From assembly GCA_964528085.1 (NCBI GenBank), contig CAZGRE010000006.1:1-47843 (forward strand): a stretch of 47,843 bases of DNA. Direction: 5' to 3'. The first letter of the stretch is position 1. The number at the start of each line of letters is the position of its first letter. Position numbers and translations under genes: made by a program. The notes below the pieces were generated by a model. The model had not been told where the DNA came from, did not search any database, and saw only the letters and a list, made by a program, of their open reading frames with translations. Shown piece by piece: positions 28,240 through 38,409 of the stretch. Source of the DNA: an uncultured Thermotogae bacterium (lineage in GTDB: Bacteria > Bipolaricaulota > Bipolaricaulia > UBA7950 > UBA9294).

Positions 28240-29280
28240 TCAGATGAGCTCCTCGAAGACGCGGAGGAAGTTCCTGTAGCAGACCTTCTCTACCTGCCGC
28301 TCGGAGAGGCCGGCCTTCCGGAGGAGATCGACGAGGCGCGGATAGTCGGCGACCGAATCAAACCCGAGGGGGGTCTTCGATATCCCGTCGAGGTCCGCTC
28401 CGAACCCGACCGCATCCTCCCCACCGACGTTGATCGCGTGAACGACGTGCCTGACCGCCCAATCGAGGCTCGGGCGGGGGAGGTGAGCGATCTCAGCTCG
28501 GAGGCGGTCGCGCTCATCATCCGAAACATCCGGCCTTCTCGCCGCCTCGATCAGGGGCTCCGCCGCCTTCAGATATTCCGGATCAAGGAACAGGGGGGCG
28601 AGGTTTATCCCAATCACACCTCCGGCATCGGCGATGGAGCGGATCATCGGATCGGTCAGGTTGCGCGGATGAGGGCAGAGCGCACGGCAGTTCGAATGGC
28701 TGGCGATGAACGGCCGGCGCGCCATGGCAAGGACGGAGCGAAAGGCGGAATCCGAGAGATGAGAGACATCGACCATCACCCCGAGCTCCTCGGCAAGCCC
28801 CAGGAGCCTCTCCCCCTCCTCGGTCAGCGGTGTGTCCTCCCCGAACGCCGTACCTGAGAACGGATTGTCCTTCCAGGCGAAGATCAGATCGCGCACGCCA
28901 AGATCGAAGAAGTGCCGGAGGTTCTCCGCCCTCCCCTCGAGCGGATCGGCACCCTCAAGCCCGATCAGAGCGGCGAGCGGCCCGCCGGAAAACGCTGCTG
29001 ACAGCCCCGATCGATCGGTGACCTTCGCCATCCGCCCGTCCGCTGAGGCGATCATCCCCTCGATCGCCTCGATCATCCCCTCGGCCCGCTCCCGCGCCCT
29101 CCCCGGGTAGCGCTCCTCGAGGACGAAGCAGGCGAATATCTGGGCGCGGACGCCGCCCTCGATCATCCCCGGGAGGCTGACGTGCGCCCCTCCGTCTTCG
29201 GATAGGAAGTCCGCCCCTTGATCGAGGACCTTCATCGCCGTGTCGCAGTGGGCGTCGAACAGGGGGAGGGGCCGGTTCAT
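28240..29280 (-). CDS. membrane dipeptidase (peptidase family M19)
   Basis: FDAHCDT... start typical of M19 dipeptidases. 346 aa. Confidence 0.85.
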   Translation of the reverse strand: MNRPLPLFDAHCDTAMKVLDQGADFLSEDGGAHVSLPGMIEGGVRAQIFACFVLEERYPGRARERAEGMIEAIEGMIASADGRMAKVTDRSGLSAAFSGGPLAALIGLEGADPLEGRAENLRHFFDLGVRDLIFAWKDNPFSGTAFGEDTPLTEEGERLLGLAEELGVMVDVSHLSDSAFRSVLAMARRPFIASHSNCRALCPHPRNLTDPMIRSIADAGGVIGINLAPLFLDPEYLKAAEPLIEAARRPDVSDDERDRLRAEIAHLPRPSLDWAVRHVVHAINVGGEDAVGFGADLDGISKTPLGFDSVADYPRLVDLLRKAGLSERQVEKVCYRNFLRVFEELI

Positions 29281-29654
29281 CCCTCGACCAGGGCGATCGC
29301 CTCGATCTCGAGCCGGGCCCCCATCGGGAGCGACCCGACGGCGACCGTCGCGCGGGCAGGATACGGGGCGGAGAATGCCTGCGAATAGACCTCGTTCACC
29401 GCGGCGAAGTCGTCCATGTCCGCAAGGTAGATCGTCACCTTGACGACCGAACCGAGGCTCGCCCCGCCGGCGGCAAGGACGGCGCTCAGGTTCGCCAGCG
29501 CCTGCCGCGCCGCCTTCCTCACGTCATCGGTGATCAGCTCCCCTTCCGCGGTCAGCGGGAGCTGGCCGGAGGCAAAGACGAACCTCCCGGCGCGCACCCC
29601 CTGCGAGTACGGGCCGATCGCCGCTGGTGCCCCGTCGGTCTCGATCGGTTCCAT
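29277..29654 (-). CDS. ridA: RidA/YjgF family reactive intermediate deaminase
   Basis: 125 aa with PAAIGPYSQGVRAG...RATVAVGSLPMGARLEIEAI, the Rid family signature. Confidence 0.88.
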   Translation of the reverse strand: MEPIETDGAPAAIGPYSQGVRAGRFVFASGQLPLTAEGELITDDVRKAARQALANLSAVLAAGGASLGSVVKVTIYLADMDDFAAVNEVYSQAFSAPYPARATVAVGSLPMGARLEIEAIALVEG

Positions 29655-30832
29655 CAGCCTATCGCCCCGAGCTCGCGGCCGACCTTGGCGAACGCGTCGA
29701 TCGCGAAGTCAAGGTCGTCGCGCGAATGGGCGGCCGACAGCATGACGCGGATCCGCGCCTTACCGCGCGGCACGGTCGGGAAGGCGATCGCGGTGGCGAA
29801 TATCCCCTCGTCGAACAGCCGCTTGGAGAAGTCCCACGCCGTCTTCGCCTCGCCGAGCATCACCGGGGTTATCGGGGTCTCGCTGTGGCCGGTGTCGAAC
29901 CCGAGGTCCTGGAGGCTCTTCTTGAAGTACTCGGCGTTATCCCACAGCTTGCGGACAGGCTCGTCGCTCTCCTCGAGGATGTCGACCGCGGCGATGCAGG
30001 CCGCGACGTCGGAGGGAGTGGCGGCGGAGGAGAAGAGGAACGGGCGGGCGCGCTGGCGGAGGTACTCGATCACCTTCGCCGGGCCGGCGATGTACCCTCC
30101 CATCACACCGAACGCCTTCGACATCGTACCGCACTCGATGTCGACCCTACCGTGCAGGCCGTAATGATCGACGATCCCGCGGCCGTGGCTCCCGAGGACC
30201 CCTTCACCGTGCGCGTCGTCGACCATGACGATCGCCCCGTACTTTTCGGCGAGCTCGACGATCCCGGGGAGAGGGGCGAGGTCCCCGTCCATCGAGAAGA
30301 CACCGTCGGTGACGATCAGCTTCTTCTCGATATCCTTGTGCTCCTCGAGCGCCTTCGCCAGCCCGTCGACGTCGCAGTGCGGGTAGATCACGCGCTGCGC
30401 CTTCGTCAGGCGGACCCCGTCGATGATCGAGGCGTGGTTCAGCTCGTCGGTGAAGATGACGTCTTCCTTCCCCATCAGGAGCGGGATGACGGCGAGGTTG
30501 GTGTTCAACCCGGACTGGACCGACAACGCCGCCTCCGTCCCCTTGAACCGGGCAAGCTTCTCCTCGAGCTCGATGTGCAGACTCATCGTCCCGGCGATCG
30601 ACCGGACGGCACCCGGCCCGACCCCGTACCCGTCGATCGCCCGCTTCGCCGCCTGGACGAGGCGCGGGTCGTTGGCGAACCCGAGGTAGTTGTTCGAGCA
30701 CAGGTTGAGGACGCGCTTACCCTCGATCGTCACCCACGCGCCGACCGGGCCTTCGATCGTGCGGATCGTGTTGTACAACCCCTTTTCGTGAAGCTCAGCG
30801 AGCGCCCGGTCGATGAATCCGAACTTGTCCAT
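29654..30832 (-). CDS. kbl: glycine C-acetyltransferase (2-amino-3-ketobutyrate CoA ligase), PLP-dependent
   Basis: 392 aa, near-colinear with E. coli Kbl ([31 protein letters not shown]-lysine region GTMSKAFG). Confidence 0.88.
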   Translation of the reverse strand: MDKFGFIDRALAELHEKGLYNTIRTIEGPVGAWVTIEGKRVLNLCSNNYLGFANDPRLVQAAKRAIDGYGVGPGAVRSIAGTMSLHIELEEKLARFKGTEAALSVQSGLNTNLAVIPLLMGKEDVIFTDELNHASIIDGVRLTKAQRVIYPHCDVDGLAKALEEHKDIEKKLIVTDGVFSMDGDLAPLPGIVELAEKYGAIVMVDDAHGEGVLGSHGRGIVDHYGLHGRVDIECGTMSKAFGVMGGYIAGPAKVIEYLRQRARPFLFSSAATPSDVAACIAAVDILEESDEPVRKLWDNAEYFKKSLQDLGFDTGHSETPITPVMLGEAKTAWDFSKRLFDEGIFATAIAFPTVPRGKARIRVMLSAAHSRDDLDFAIDAFAKVGRELGAIG

Positions 30833-30867
30833 CGTCTTCTCCTCCTTGTTCTCCCTAGAATTGTCGA

Positions 30868-31323
30868 TTACGCCTTGACTAGATTCTCCGCGAGGTACCC
30901 CTCCGCTTCGGCGAGGATCCTCCTCCCCTGCTCGTAGGTGAGCGTCCGCACGGCCTCGGCCGGTGAGAACCAGCCGGCCGCGCTGTGCTCACCGGATATC
31001 TTCACCCCGTCATCGTACACGCGGGCGAGGAAATAGACGACCGTCTTGTCGACCGGGGATCCGTCGCGGTCGAACCGGTAGCGGCTGACCGCGCGGAACC
31101 CGGGGTAGAGCTCGAGCTGTCCGATCCCGGTCTCCTCGCGTATCTCCCTCTTAGCCGCGGAAAGCTCATCCTCGCCATCCTCGATCCTCCCCTTGGGGAA
31201 CCCCCAGTGGCCGCCGTTGCGGTGGCGGAGGAGGAGGTAGCGGCGGTTTTCCCCCTCCTGGCGGAAGAGGACGAACCCGGCCGATCTCTCCTTACCGTTA
31301 TGGGATGTCGATCTCGTGGTCAT
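30868..31323 (-). CDS. NUDIX hydrolase
   Basis: Nudix box [30 protein letters not shown]. Its start overlaps the rpoB stop by 26 nt. Confidence 0.82.
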   Translation of the reverse strand: MTTRSTSHNGKERSAGFVLFRQEGENRRYLLLRHRNGGHWGFPKGRIEDGEDELSAAKREIREETGIGQLELYPGFRAVSRYRFDRDGSPVDKTVVYFLARVYDDGVKISGEHSAAGWFSPAEAVRTLTYEQGRRILAEAEGYLAENLVKA

Positions 31324-34300
31324 TCCGGTCGTAGACGCGCGGATGGAGCCCGAGGCTGCGGAGCTCCCGTAACAGGACCTTGAACGACTCGGGTAGCCCG
31401 GGCTTGGGGAACTCCTCCCCCTTCAGGATCGCCTTGTACAGCTGAATCCGTCCGCGCGTGTCGTCCGACTTCACGGTCAGCATCTCCTGCAACAGGGCGG
31501 AGGCACCGTAGGCCTCGAGGGCCCAGACCTCCATCTCGCCGAGGCGCTGGCCGCCGAACTGCGCCTTCCCCCCGAGCGGCTGCTGGGTGATCAGGGCGTA
31601 CGGACCGGTCGAGCGGGCGTGGATCTTCTCGTCGGCGATGTGCTCGAGCTTGAGGACGTACATGTACCCGACGGTGATCGGGCGAGCGAACGGCTCGCCG
31701 GTCCGGCCGTCGCGGAGGATGACCTTCCCATCGCAGTCGTCGCCATCGGCGAGGCCGGCCTTCACCCTCTCCTCGTGGAGCTCGTCGAGGATCTCGTCCT
31801 CCTGCGCCCCGTCAAATATCGGGCTCGCCACGTACTCCCCCTTCAGCTTGGCGAGCCATCCGAGGTTCGCCTCGAATATCTGACCGAGGTTCATCCGGGA
31901 TGGGACCCCCATCGGGTTCAGTACGACGTCGACCGGCGTCCCGTCGGGGAGGAACGGCATCTCGGCCATCGGCCGGATCGTGGAGATGACCCCCTTGTTA
32001 CCGTGCCGACCGGCGAGCTTGTCCCCGATCGAGATCGTCTTCCGCTGGGCGACGAAGACCTTCACCAGCTCGTTCACCCCGGCGTCGAGCTCGTCCCCCT
32101 GCTCGCGGGAGAACCGCTTCACCTTTATCACCTTCGCCGTCCCGGCGACCGGCCGCATCCGCAGCGACGTGTTCTTCACGTTCCGCGCCCGCTCCCCGAA
32201 TATCGAGCGGAAGATCTTCTCCTCCGGGGTCGGCTCCGACTCGCCGCGCGGGGTTATCTTCCCGACGAGGATGTCGCCTGTACGGACGACCGTCCCCTCG
32301 CGGACGATCCCGTGCTCGTCGAGGTTCTTTAAGTCCTCCTTCGATATGTTCGGGATGTCGGCCGTGATCTCCTCCGGGCCGAGCTTCGTCTCCTCCGCCT
32401 TCACCTCGAACTCCTCGATGTGTATCGAGTCGAGGAGGTTCTCACGGACGAGTCGGTCGGAGATGACGATCGCATCCTCGTAGTTGTACCCCTCGAACGG
32501 CATGACGGCGACGAGGAGGTTCCTCCCGAGGGCGAGCTCACCGTGGTCGCTCGACGGCCCGTCGGCGAGGAGGTCGCCCTTCTTCACCGACTGCCCTTCG
32601 CTCACCACCGGCCGCTGGTGGAGGATCGTGTCCTGGTTCGAGCGCTCGAAGTTGACGAGCGGATATTCCTTCTTCTTCTTCCCCTTCTTGACGACGATGT
32701 GCTGCGCATCGACCTCGGCGACGACCCCATCCTCCTCGGCGACGAGGAGCATCCCGGAGTCCATCGCCGCCTGGAACTCGAGCCCGGTCCCGACGAGCGG
32801 GGCCTCCGGCCTGAGGAGAGGGACGGCCTGGCGCTGCATGTTCGCCCCCATCAGGGCCCGGTTCGAGTCGTCGTGCTCGAGGAACGGGATGAGGGCCGCC
32901 GATATCCCAACGAGCGCGCGGGGGGAGACGCCAATGAAGTCTACCTCCTTCGGATCGACAAGCCTCACCTCCTCACGGCCGGTTCTCACCTCTATCCTCT
33001 CGCCGAGGAGCCGGCCGTCCTTCCCGAGCGGGACGGTCGCCGGTGCGATCTTGTAGCGCTCCTCGTCGTCGGCCATCAGGTAGACGATCTCGTCGGTCGC
33101 CTTACCGTCGACGACCTTCCGGTAAGGGGCGACGAGGAACCCGTATTCGTTGACGCTCGCGTAGCAGGCGAGGGATGTGATCAGCCCGATGTTCTGCCCC
33201 TCCGGGGTCTCGATCGGGCAGATCCGCGCGTAGTGCGACGGGTGGACGTCGCGGACCTCGATCTTCGCCCGCCGCTTCGTCAGCCCGCCGCCGAGGGCGT
33301 TCAGCCGCCGCTTGTGCGTCAGCTCGGTCAGCGGGTTCGTCTGCTCGAGGAACTGGGAGAACCTACCGGTATAGAAGAGCTGGTTTATCGCCCCCTGCAC
33401 CGTCCGCGTCGAGATCAGCCGGCGGATCGTGTCCTTCTCGTCGAGGGCGTACTTGGAGAGCTTGTCCCGCGCGATCCTCGCCATCCGGGCGAGCCCGGTG
33501 CGGAGCGCGTTCTCGGCGAGCTCCCCGGGTAGGCGGACCCGCTTGTTCGCCAGGTGGTCCTTCTCGTCGAGGAGGGAGGGGTTCTCCGGGACGGCGAGGA
33601 GGAGCTTTATCGTCCGGACGATGTCGGCGAGGTAGAGGACCGGCTGCTTCAGCTGAAGGCCGAGCTTCCGGTTCACCTTAAACCTCCCGACGTCCGAGAG
33701 GTGATAGCTCGCCGGATGGAAGTAGAGGTTCTCGACGTATTCGCCCATCTGAGCCGGGGAGGAGCGGTCCGACGGCCTCAGCCGACGGTATACGGCCCGG
33801 AGCGCCTCCTCCTGACTCGTCGTCTGGTCCGCCTCCAGCGCCCGCTGGATGTAGCGGTCGACGAGCCTGATCGAATCGAGCCCAAGACCGGCCAAATCGG
33901 CCAGATGCTCCTTCTGGAGCGTATCCCCAACCGCGAGGAACCCCTCACCGTCCTTCTCGACGTCCATCCCCAGCCGGTAGCCGACGTAAGGTTCCAGCCT
34001 CTCGATCGTCACCGGGAAAACATCGAACGCGTAGTAGCGGCAGATCCTCTCCTCGTCGAAGCCGAGCGCCTTGAGGAGGGTGGTAGCGACGACCTTCCCC
34101 TTCCGGTCGAGGTTGGCGCGTAGGGTCATCCGCTTCGTGTCGAGGAGTATCTCCAGCCACGCCCCGAGCTCGGGAAGGATGTGCCCCTTGTACTGATCCT
34201 TGTCCTCGCGCGTGAAGTAGACGCCCGGTGCGCGGGTCAGCTCGTTGACGAGCGCGTTCTCCGAGCCGTTGATGATGAACGTCCCGCGCGAAGTCATCAT

Positions 34301-34627
34301 CGGGAAGTCGCCGATGTACAGCTCGGTCTCCTGGATGACCTTCGCGTTCTGCTTGAGAATCGCTTTCACCCGCAAGGGGCGCGAATACGTCAGGTCCTTG
34401 TCCTTGCATTCGAGCTCCGTGTTCCTCGGCTCCCCGAGGTACGGCTTCTCGAACTCGAGGGTCAGCCCCTCCTTACCGTGGCCGACGATCGGTGAGATGT
34501 CCTCGAACGCCTGCGTTATACCCTTCTCTACGAAATCATTAAACGATCTGCGGACATCGGAAAGGAGATACGGTGGGGGGAGGATCTCCTGGCTCCGTCC
34601 GTAGGACCTACGTTCTCGATATTTCAT
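31298..34627 (-). CDS. rpoB: DNA-directed RNA polymerase subunit beta
   Basis: 1109 aa. The N-terminal region ILPPPYLLSDVRRSFNDFV parallels E. coli RpoB, and conserved rifampicin-cluster and catalytic regions are present. Confidence 0.97.
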   Translation of the reverse strand: MKYRERRSYGRSQEILPPPYLLSDVRRSFNDFVEKGITQAFEDISPIVGHGKEGLTLEFEKPYLGEPRNTELECKDKDLTYSRPLRVKAILKQNAKVIQETELYIGDFPMMTSRGTFIINGSENALVNELTRAPGVYFTREDKDQYKGHILPELGAWLEILLDTKRMTLRANLDRKGKVVATTLLKALGFDEERICRYYAFDVFPVTIERLEPYVGYRLGMDVEKDGEGFLAVGDTLQKEHLADLAGLGLDSIRLVDRYIQRALEADQTTSQEEALRAVYRRLRPSDRSSPAQMGEYVENLYFHPASYHLSDVGRFKVNRKLGLQLKQPVLYLADIVRTIKLLLAVPENPSLLDEKDHLANKRVRLPGELAENALRTGLARMARIARDKLSKYALDEKDTIRRLISTRTVQGAINQLFYTGRFSQFLEQTNPLTELTHKRRLNALGGGLTKRRAKIEVRDVHPSHYARICPIETPEGQNIGLITSLACYASVNEYGFLVAPYRKVVDGKATDEIVYLMADDEERYKIAPATVPLGKDGRLLGERIEVRTGREEVRLVDPKEVDFIGVSPRALVGISAALIPFLEHDDSNRALMGANMQRQAVPLLRPEAPLVGTGLEFQAAMDSGMLLVAEEDGVVAEVDAQHIVVKKGKKKKEYPLVNFERSNQDTILHQRPVVSEGQSVKKGDLLADGPSSDHGELALGRNLLVAVMPFEGYNYEDAIVISDRLVRENLLDSIHIEEFEVKAEETKLGPEEITADIPNISKEDLKNLDEHGIVREGTVVRTGDILVGKITPRGESEPTPEEKIFRSIFGERARNVKNTSLRMRPVAGTAKVIKVKRFSREQGDELDAGVNELVKVFVAQRKTISIGDKLAGRHGNKGVISTIRPMAEMPFLPDGTPVDVVLNPMGVPSRMNLGQIFEANLGWLAKLKGEYVASPIFDGAQEDEILDELHEERVKAGLADGDDCDGKVILRDGRTGEPFARPITVGYMYVLKLEHIADEKIHARSTGPYALITQQPLGGKAQFGGQRLGEMEVWALEAYGASALLQEMLTVKSDDTRGRIQLYKAILKGEEFPKPGLPESFKVLLRELRSLGLHPRVYDRNDHEIDIP

Positions 34628-34635
34628 CTTCGCCC

Positions 34636-34687
34636 CTCGAAAAGGACGCCCCGCCTCGAGGAAGACTCAGCCTCAAGGCAGGCGTCC
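34636..34687 (-). terminator. rplL-rpoB intergenic attenuator/terminator hairpin
   Basis: On the minus strand, GGACGCC...(31-nt loop with inner pairing)...GGCGTCC is followed by TTTTCGAG. This is at the position of the well-known partial terminator between rplL and rpoB. Confidence 0.4.
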
Positions 34688-34721
34688 GACAGTGACCCTG
34701 GGAAGAGAGCGCGTCCTCGCC

Positions 34722-35099
34722 CTACTGCAATTCGACCTCAGCTCCGGCCGCCTCCAGCTTCTCCTTGATGCTCGCCGCCTCGTCCGCCCCGACGTCCTCT
34801 TTGATCGTCGCCGGGAGGTTGTCGACGAGCTCCTTGCATTCCTTCAGGCCCTTACCGGTGATCTCCTTGATCTCCTTGATGACCTGAATCTTCTTCTGGC
34901 CGGCGCTCGTCATCACGACCTTGACGGTATCCGCCCCGCCGGCCTCACCCTCTCCTCCACCTGCCGGTGCCGCTGCGACAGCGACCGGTGCCGCCATCGC
35001 CGCCGAGACGTTGAACCGCTCCTCGATCATCTCGACGAGCTCGGCGAGCTCCTTCACCGACATCTCCTCTATCTGCTGGAGGATCTCCTCTTTCGCCAT
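34722..35099 (-). CDS. rplL: 50S ribosomal protein L7/L12
   Basis: 125 aa with an N-terminal dimerisation helix, an Ala/Gly-rich hinge and a conserved C-terminal domain ([16 protein letters not shown]). Confidence 0.96.
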   Translation of the reverse strand: MAKEEILQQIEEMSVKELAELVEMIEERFNVSAAMAAPVAVAAAPAGGGEGEAGGADTVKVVMTSAGQKKIQVIKEIKEITGKGLKECKELVDNLPATIKEDVGADEAASIKEKLEAAGAEVELQ

Positions 35100-35632
35100 T
35101 ATACTGCCTCCTCTTTCTCACGTTGTTTCTTAACCTCATTCAGAACGACCGCCAACTCGCGGATCTTCGCCTGCAACACGACGGCGAGGGCACGGATCGG
35201 CCCGCTCAGGACGAGCGCCAGCTTCGCGTGGAGCTCCTCGCGCGACGGGAGGGAGACGTACCTCTTTACCTCCTCCTCGGTTACGAGGACCCCCTCGAAC
35301 AGCCCGCCCTTCAGCTCGTACCGCGGGGCGTACGCCTTCCTACACTCCTCGCTCAGCTTGAACGGGATCCCAGGATCCTCGTAGCTTATCGCCAGCGCGA
35401 CCGGTCCTCGGAACATCTCCGCTAATCCATCGATCCCCGCCTCCTCGGCGGCGATCCGTGCCAGGGTGTCCTTCACGACGCGGTACTCCAGGCCCTGCTT
35501 GGTGAACCTCTCCCGCAACTCGACCATCTCGTTCGCCGTGAGCCCGCGGTAGTCGCAGAGGACCAAGCCGACGGCCCGCTCGAACCTCTCCTTCAGGCGC
35601 TTGACTTCCTCGATTTTCGCTTGAGTCGGCAT
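35099..35632 (-). CDS. rplJ: 50S ribosomal protein L10
   Basis: 177-aa L10 family protein, with its stop overlapping the rplL start. Confidence 0.95.
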   Translation of the reverse strand: MPTQAKIEEVKRLKERFERAVGLVLCDYRGLTANEMVELRERFTKQGLEYRVVKDTLARIAAEEAGIDGLAEMFRGPVALAISYEDPGIPFKLSEECRKAYAPRYELKGGLFEGVLVTEEEVKRYVSLPSREELHAKLALVLSGPIRALAVVLQAKIRELAVVLNEVKKQREKEEAV

Positions 35633-35641
35633 CCCCGCTCC

Positions 35642-36349
35642 CTACCCCGTACCCTCTATCAGCCCGTTGATCTCGTCGAGATCGAGGGTTATACCAGGCC
35701 CCATCGTCGAGGCGATCGTCACCTTCTTCATGTAGCGCCCCTTGACGCCCTCCTCCGGCCGCCGTTCGGCGATGCTCCGGATGACGGCGATCAGGTTCTC
35801 CTTCAGGGCGGGGAGATCGAACGAGACCTTCCCGAAGACCGTGTGGATCACCCCGTAGCGGTCGGAACGATACTCGATCATCCCCCGCTTCAGCTCGCCA
35901 ATGACCCGGCCGATGTCCTTCGTCACCGTCCCGCTCTTCGGGGAGGGCATCAGCCCACGCGGGCCGAGGAGCCTACCGAGCTTCCCGACGATCGGCATCA
36001 TGTCCGGGGTCGCAACGATCTTGTCGAACTCGAACCACCCCTCCTGGATCCGCTTGGCGAGATCCTCACCTCCGACGTAGTCGGCCCCGGCCTCCTCTGC
36101 CTCGGAGACGCTCGTCCCCTTGGCGAACGCGAGGACCCTGACCGATTTACCCGTTCCGTGCGGGAGGTTGCACGTCCCGCGGACGACGACCTGGCTCGCC
36201 TTGATCCCGAGCGCGATCGCGACCTCGGCCGTCTCGTCGAAACCGGCGGTCGCCGTCGCCTTCATCTTCTCCAGCCCTTCGTCTATGCTGTAGGCCGCAA
36301 CGGGATCGACGAGGGTGGCTGCCCCTTGGTAACGCCTGCTCCTTTTCAC
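35642..36349 (-). CDS. rplA: 50S ribosomal protein L1
   Basis: 235-aa L1 family protein. Confidence 0.95.
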   Translation of the reverse strand: MKRSRRYQGAATLVDPVAAYSIDEGLEKMKATATAGFDETAEVAIALGIKASQVVVRGTCNLPHGTGKSVRVLAFAKGTSVSEAEEAGADYVGGEDLAKRIQEGWFEFDKIVATPDMMPIVGKLGRLLGPRGLMPSPKSGTVTKDIGRVIGELKRGMIEYRSDRYGVIHTVFGKVSFDLPALKENLIAVIRSIAERRPEEGVKGRYMKKVTIASTMGPGITLDLDEINGLIEGTG

Positions 36350-36777
36350 TCGTCCACCACCTCGACCCCCATGTTGCGGGCGGTTCCCTCGATGATCTTC
36401 ACCGCGGATTCGAACTTGTACGTGTTCAGATCGGGGAGCTTCCGTTCGACGATCCTCCGGACCTGCTCCCGCGTTATCTTCGCCACCTTCATCCGGTTCG
36501 GCTCAGGGGAACCTGATTGTATCCCAGCCGCCATCTTGATCAACTCGGCGGCCGGCGGCTGTTTGAGGACGAAATCGTACTTCCCCCCCAAGTAGACCGA
36601 TATGACGACTGGGATGATCGTTCCGGGGACCTCGTTCTTCGTCGCCTCGTTGAACTTCTTGCAGAAGTCCATGATGTTCAGCTTGTGCTCACCGAGCGCG
36701 GGTCCAACCGGAGGGGCCGGCGTCGCCTGGCCTGCAGGGATATGCAGGTTGATCCTTGCAATGACGTTCTTCGCCAT
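36346..36777 (-). CDS. rplK: 50S ribosomal protein L11
   Basis: 143 aa with PPVGPALG, the L11 signature. Overlaps the rplA start by 4 nt. Confidence 0.96.
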   Translation of the reverse strand: MAKNVIARINLHIPAGQATPAPPVGPALGEHKLNIMDFCKKFNEATKNEVPGTIIPVVISVYLGGKYDFVLKQPPAAELIKMAAGIQSGSPEPNRMKVAKITREQVRRIVERKLPDLNTYKFESAVKIIEGTARNMGVEVVDE

Positions 36778-36799
36778 CCTACCTCCTCCCCAGCTTAAC

Positions 36800-37909
36800 T
36801 TATAGCTTTTCGATCCCGTCGAAGCCGAGCCTCACCGGGGTCTCCCTCCCGAAGATCTTGACGATCACCGTCACCTCTTCGGCTTCCTTGTCTATCTCCT
36901 TGATCTCGCCCGTGAAGTCGGCGAACGGGCCCTCGACGATCTCCACGACCTCGCCGACCGTGAAGTCGACCTCGACCTTCGGCTCGGACGAGGTCGATGC
37001 GGAGGCGACCGGGACGGCGAGGAGCCCGGCCTTCCGCTTGATCAGCTTCATCTCCGGCCCCTCGATCGGCATCGGGGTGTAGCGCGAACCGACGTAGCGG
37101 ACGGCACCCTTCACCCCGTCGATCAGCTCCATCATCTCCTCCGCATCGAGGCCGAGGCGCCCGAATACGTACCCCGGGAAGAGCCGGCGCTTCTCGATCC
37201 GCTGTATCGTCACCACCCGCTTGTCCTTGTACTCCTTGACCTTGAGGAGACCTGTCGCCCGGCTCGTTATCTGATCCTCGGTCTCCAGCAGGTCCCCCTT
37301 CTTAAGCTCCATCCCCTCGCGGATCCGGGCGATGTACTTCTCGGGGATGATCCTTTTTTTCTCCCGCCCGTCCGCGTACTGGAGCGTCACCCGCTTCACC
37401 TTGTCCCGCAGGACGACCGTCCCGCGGTTCGTCACCATGAACCTCTCGTCGCTGTCCGTGGTGAGCGGGACGCCGTTTCTTATCTTCTCCCCGACGCGGA
37501 TGTCGCGGCGGATCCGCTTGTCGACCGGGACGAGGTAGACCTCCTCGTTCCGGTTCGTCATCTCCACGATCACCCGCTGGAGGGGCTCGACCTCCACGAC
37601 CTTGGCATCCGCCTCCACGTGGCGCGGCGGCTTGCGGGCGATCACGTCACCGCGCATCACCCGCTCGTTCGGCTTCACGACGAGGTCGTAGTCGTAGGGG
37701 ATCCGGTACTCCACCCCCGCGCTCCGCCGGCTACGCGAGGTGATGACCTCCTCCACCGGGACGAGGAAGAAGGTCTCCTCACCGTCGACGGTGAACCGCT
37801 CTACGGCATCCTCCCACCCTCTGCGCCGGATCCGCTCGTTCAGATCCTCCTTGACCTTCAACTCAGAGCCGGCATAGGTCTGGATCGCATACCATTTCTT
37901 AAGCCGCAT
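36800..37909 (-). CDS. nusG: transcription termination/antitermination factor NusG with a ~190-aa insertion in the NGN domain
   Basis: NGN start KKWYAIQTYAGSE..., then an insertion between VPVEEVI and KRRLFPGYVF, then the KOW domain GEVVEIVEGPFADFTGEIKEID. The insertion is at the same place as the Thermotoga-type DII domain. ATG 37909 was chosen because the ORF-track start overlaps secE. Confidence 0.85.
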   Translation of the reverse strand: MRLKKWYAIQTYAGSELKVKEDLNERIRRRGWEDAVERFTVDGEETFFLVPVEEVITSRSRRSAGVEYRIPYDYDLVVKPNERVMRGDVIARKPPRHVEADAKVVEVEPLQRVIVEMTNRNEEVYLVPVDKRIRRDIRVGEKIRNGVPLTTDSDERFMVTNRGTVVLRDKVKRVTLQYADGREKKRIIPEKYIARIREGMELKKGDLLETEDQITSRATGLLKVKEYKDKRVVTIQRIEKRRLFPGYVFGRLGLDAEEMMELIDGVKGAVRYVGSRYTPMPIEGPEMKLIKRKAGLLAVPVASASTSSEPKVEVDFTVGEVVEIVEGPFADFTGEIKEIDKEAEEVTVIVKIFGRETPVRLGFDGIEKL

Positions 37910-37916
37910 GATCAGA

Positions 37917-38108
37917 TCAACCGCTTCTGATGAAGACCTTGAGGAGCGTGGCGAGCATCCCGTCCACACCCCAGATGTAGACCGTCATTATCACCATCAG
38001 GATGATGATCAGGACGGTGAGGGAAACGAGCTCCGTCCTCGTCGGCCAGCTGACGCGCGCGACCTCGGCGCGCACGCCCTTGAGATAGTTAACGATACGA
38101 TCTATCAT
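37917..38108 (-). CDS. secE: preprotein translocase subunit SecE
   Basis: 63 aa with a single C-terminal TM and the conserved secE position between tRNA-Trp and nusG. Confidence 0.88.
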   Translation of the reverse strand: MIDRIVNYLKGVRAEVARVSWPTRTELVSLTVLIIILMVIMTVYIWGVDGMLATLLKVFIRSG

Positions 38109-38136
38109 TCCACGTCTCCTCGTCGCCGAATCCTTG

Positions 38137-38209
38137 CAGGCCCGGGAGGACTTGAACCCCCAGCCTTCCGATTTGGAGTCGGACGCTCTGCCAGTTGAGC
38201 TACGGGCCT
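38137..38209 (-). tRNA. tRNA-Trp (anticodon CCA)
   Basis: Reverse complement reads AGGCCCGTAGCTCAACTGGCAGAGCGTCCGACTCCAAATCGGAAGGCTGGGGGTTCAAGTCCTCCCGGGCCT. Anticodon stem tccga/tcgga and loop cuCCAaa. Canonical location between rpmG and secE. Confidence 0.9.
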
Positions 38210-38232
38210 ATTCTCACCCAGCCGTCCTCCGG

Positions 38233-38397
38233 CTAGACCTCCTTGTGCAGCGTGTGCTTCCGGTCCCACTTGCAATACTTGCGGAGCGCGAGCTTGTCGC
38301 GCGTGTTGTTCTTGTTCCGCTTCGTGTGGTAGTTGCGCCGGCCGCACTCGCTACATGCCAGTGTAACGTGAATGACCGCTTCGCCCTTCTTCGCCAT
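38233..38397 (-). CDS. rpmG: 50S ribosomal protein L33
   Basis: Not in the supplied ORF track (it is under 60 aa). Manual translation of the minus strand gives [54 protein letters not shown] (54 aa), with the L33 Cys4 zinc-ribbon pattern. Confidence 0.88.
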   Translation of the reverse strand: MAKKGEAVIHVTLACSECGRRNYHTKRNKNNTRDKLALRKYCKWDRKHTLHKEV

Positions 38398-38409
38398 TTA
38401 CTCCATCCC

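Noticed and set aside
29627-30937. 436-aa plus-strand ORF antisense to kbl and ridA
   Set aside because: Low-complexity R/D/P/G-rich sequence opposite a strongly supported PLP enzyme gene. An antisense artefact of high GC.
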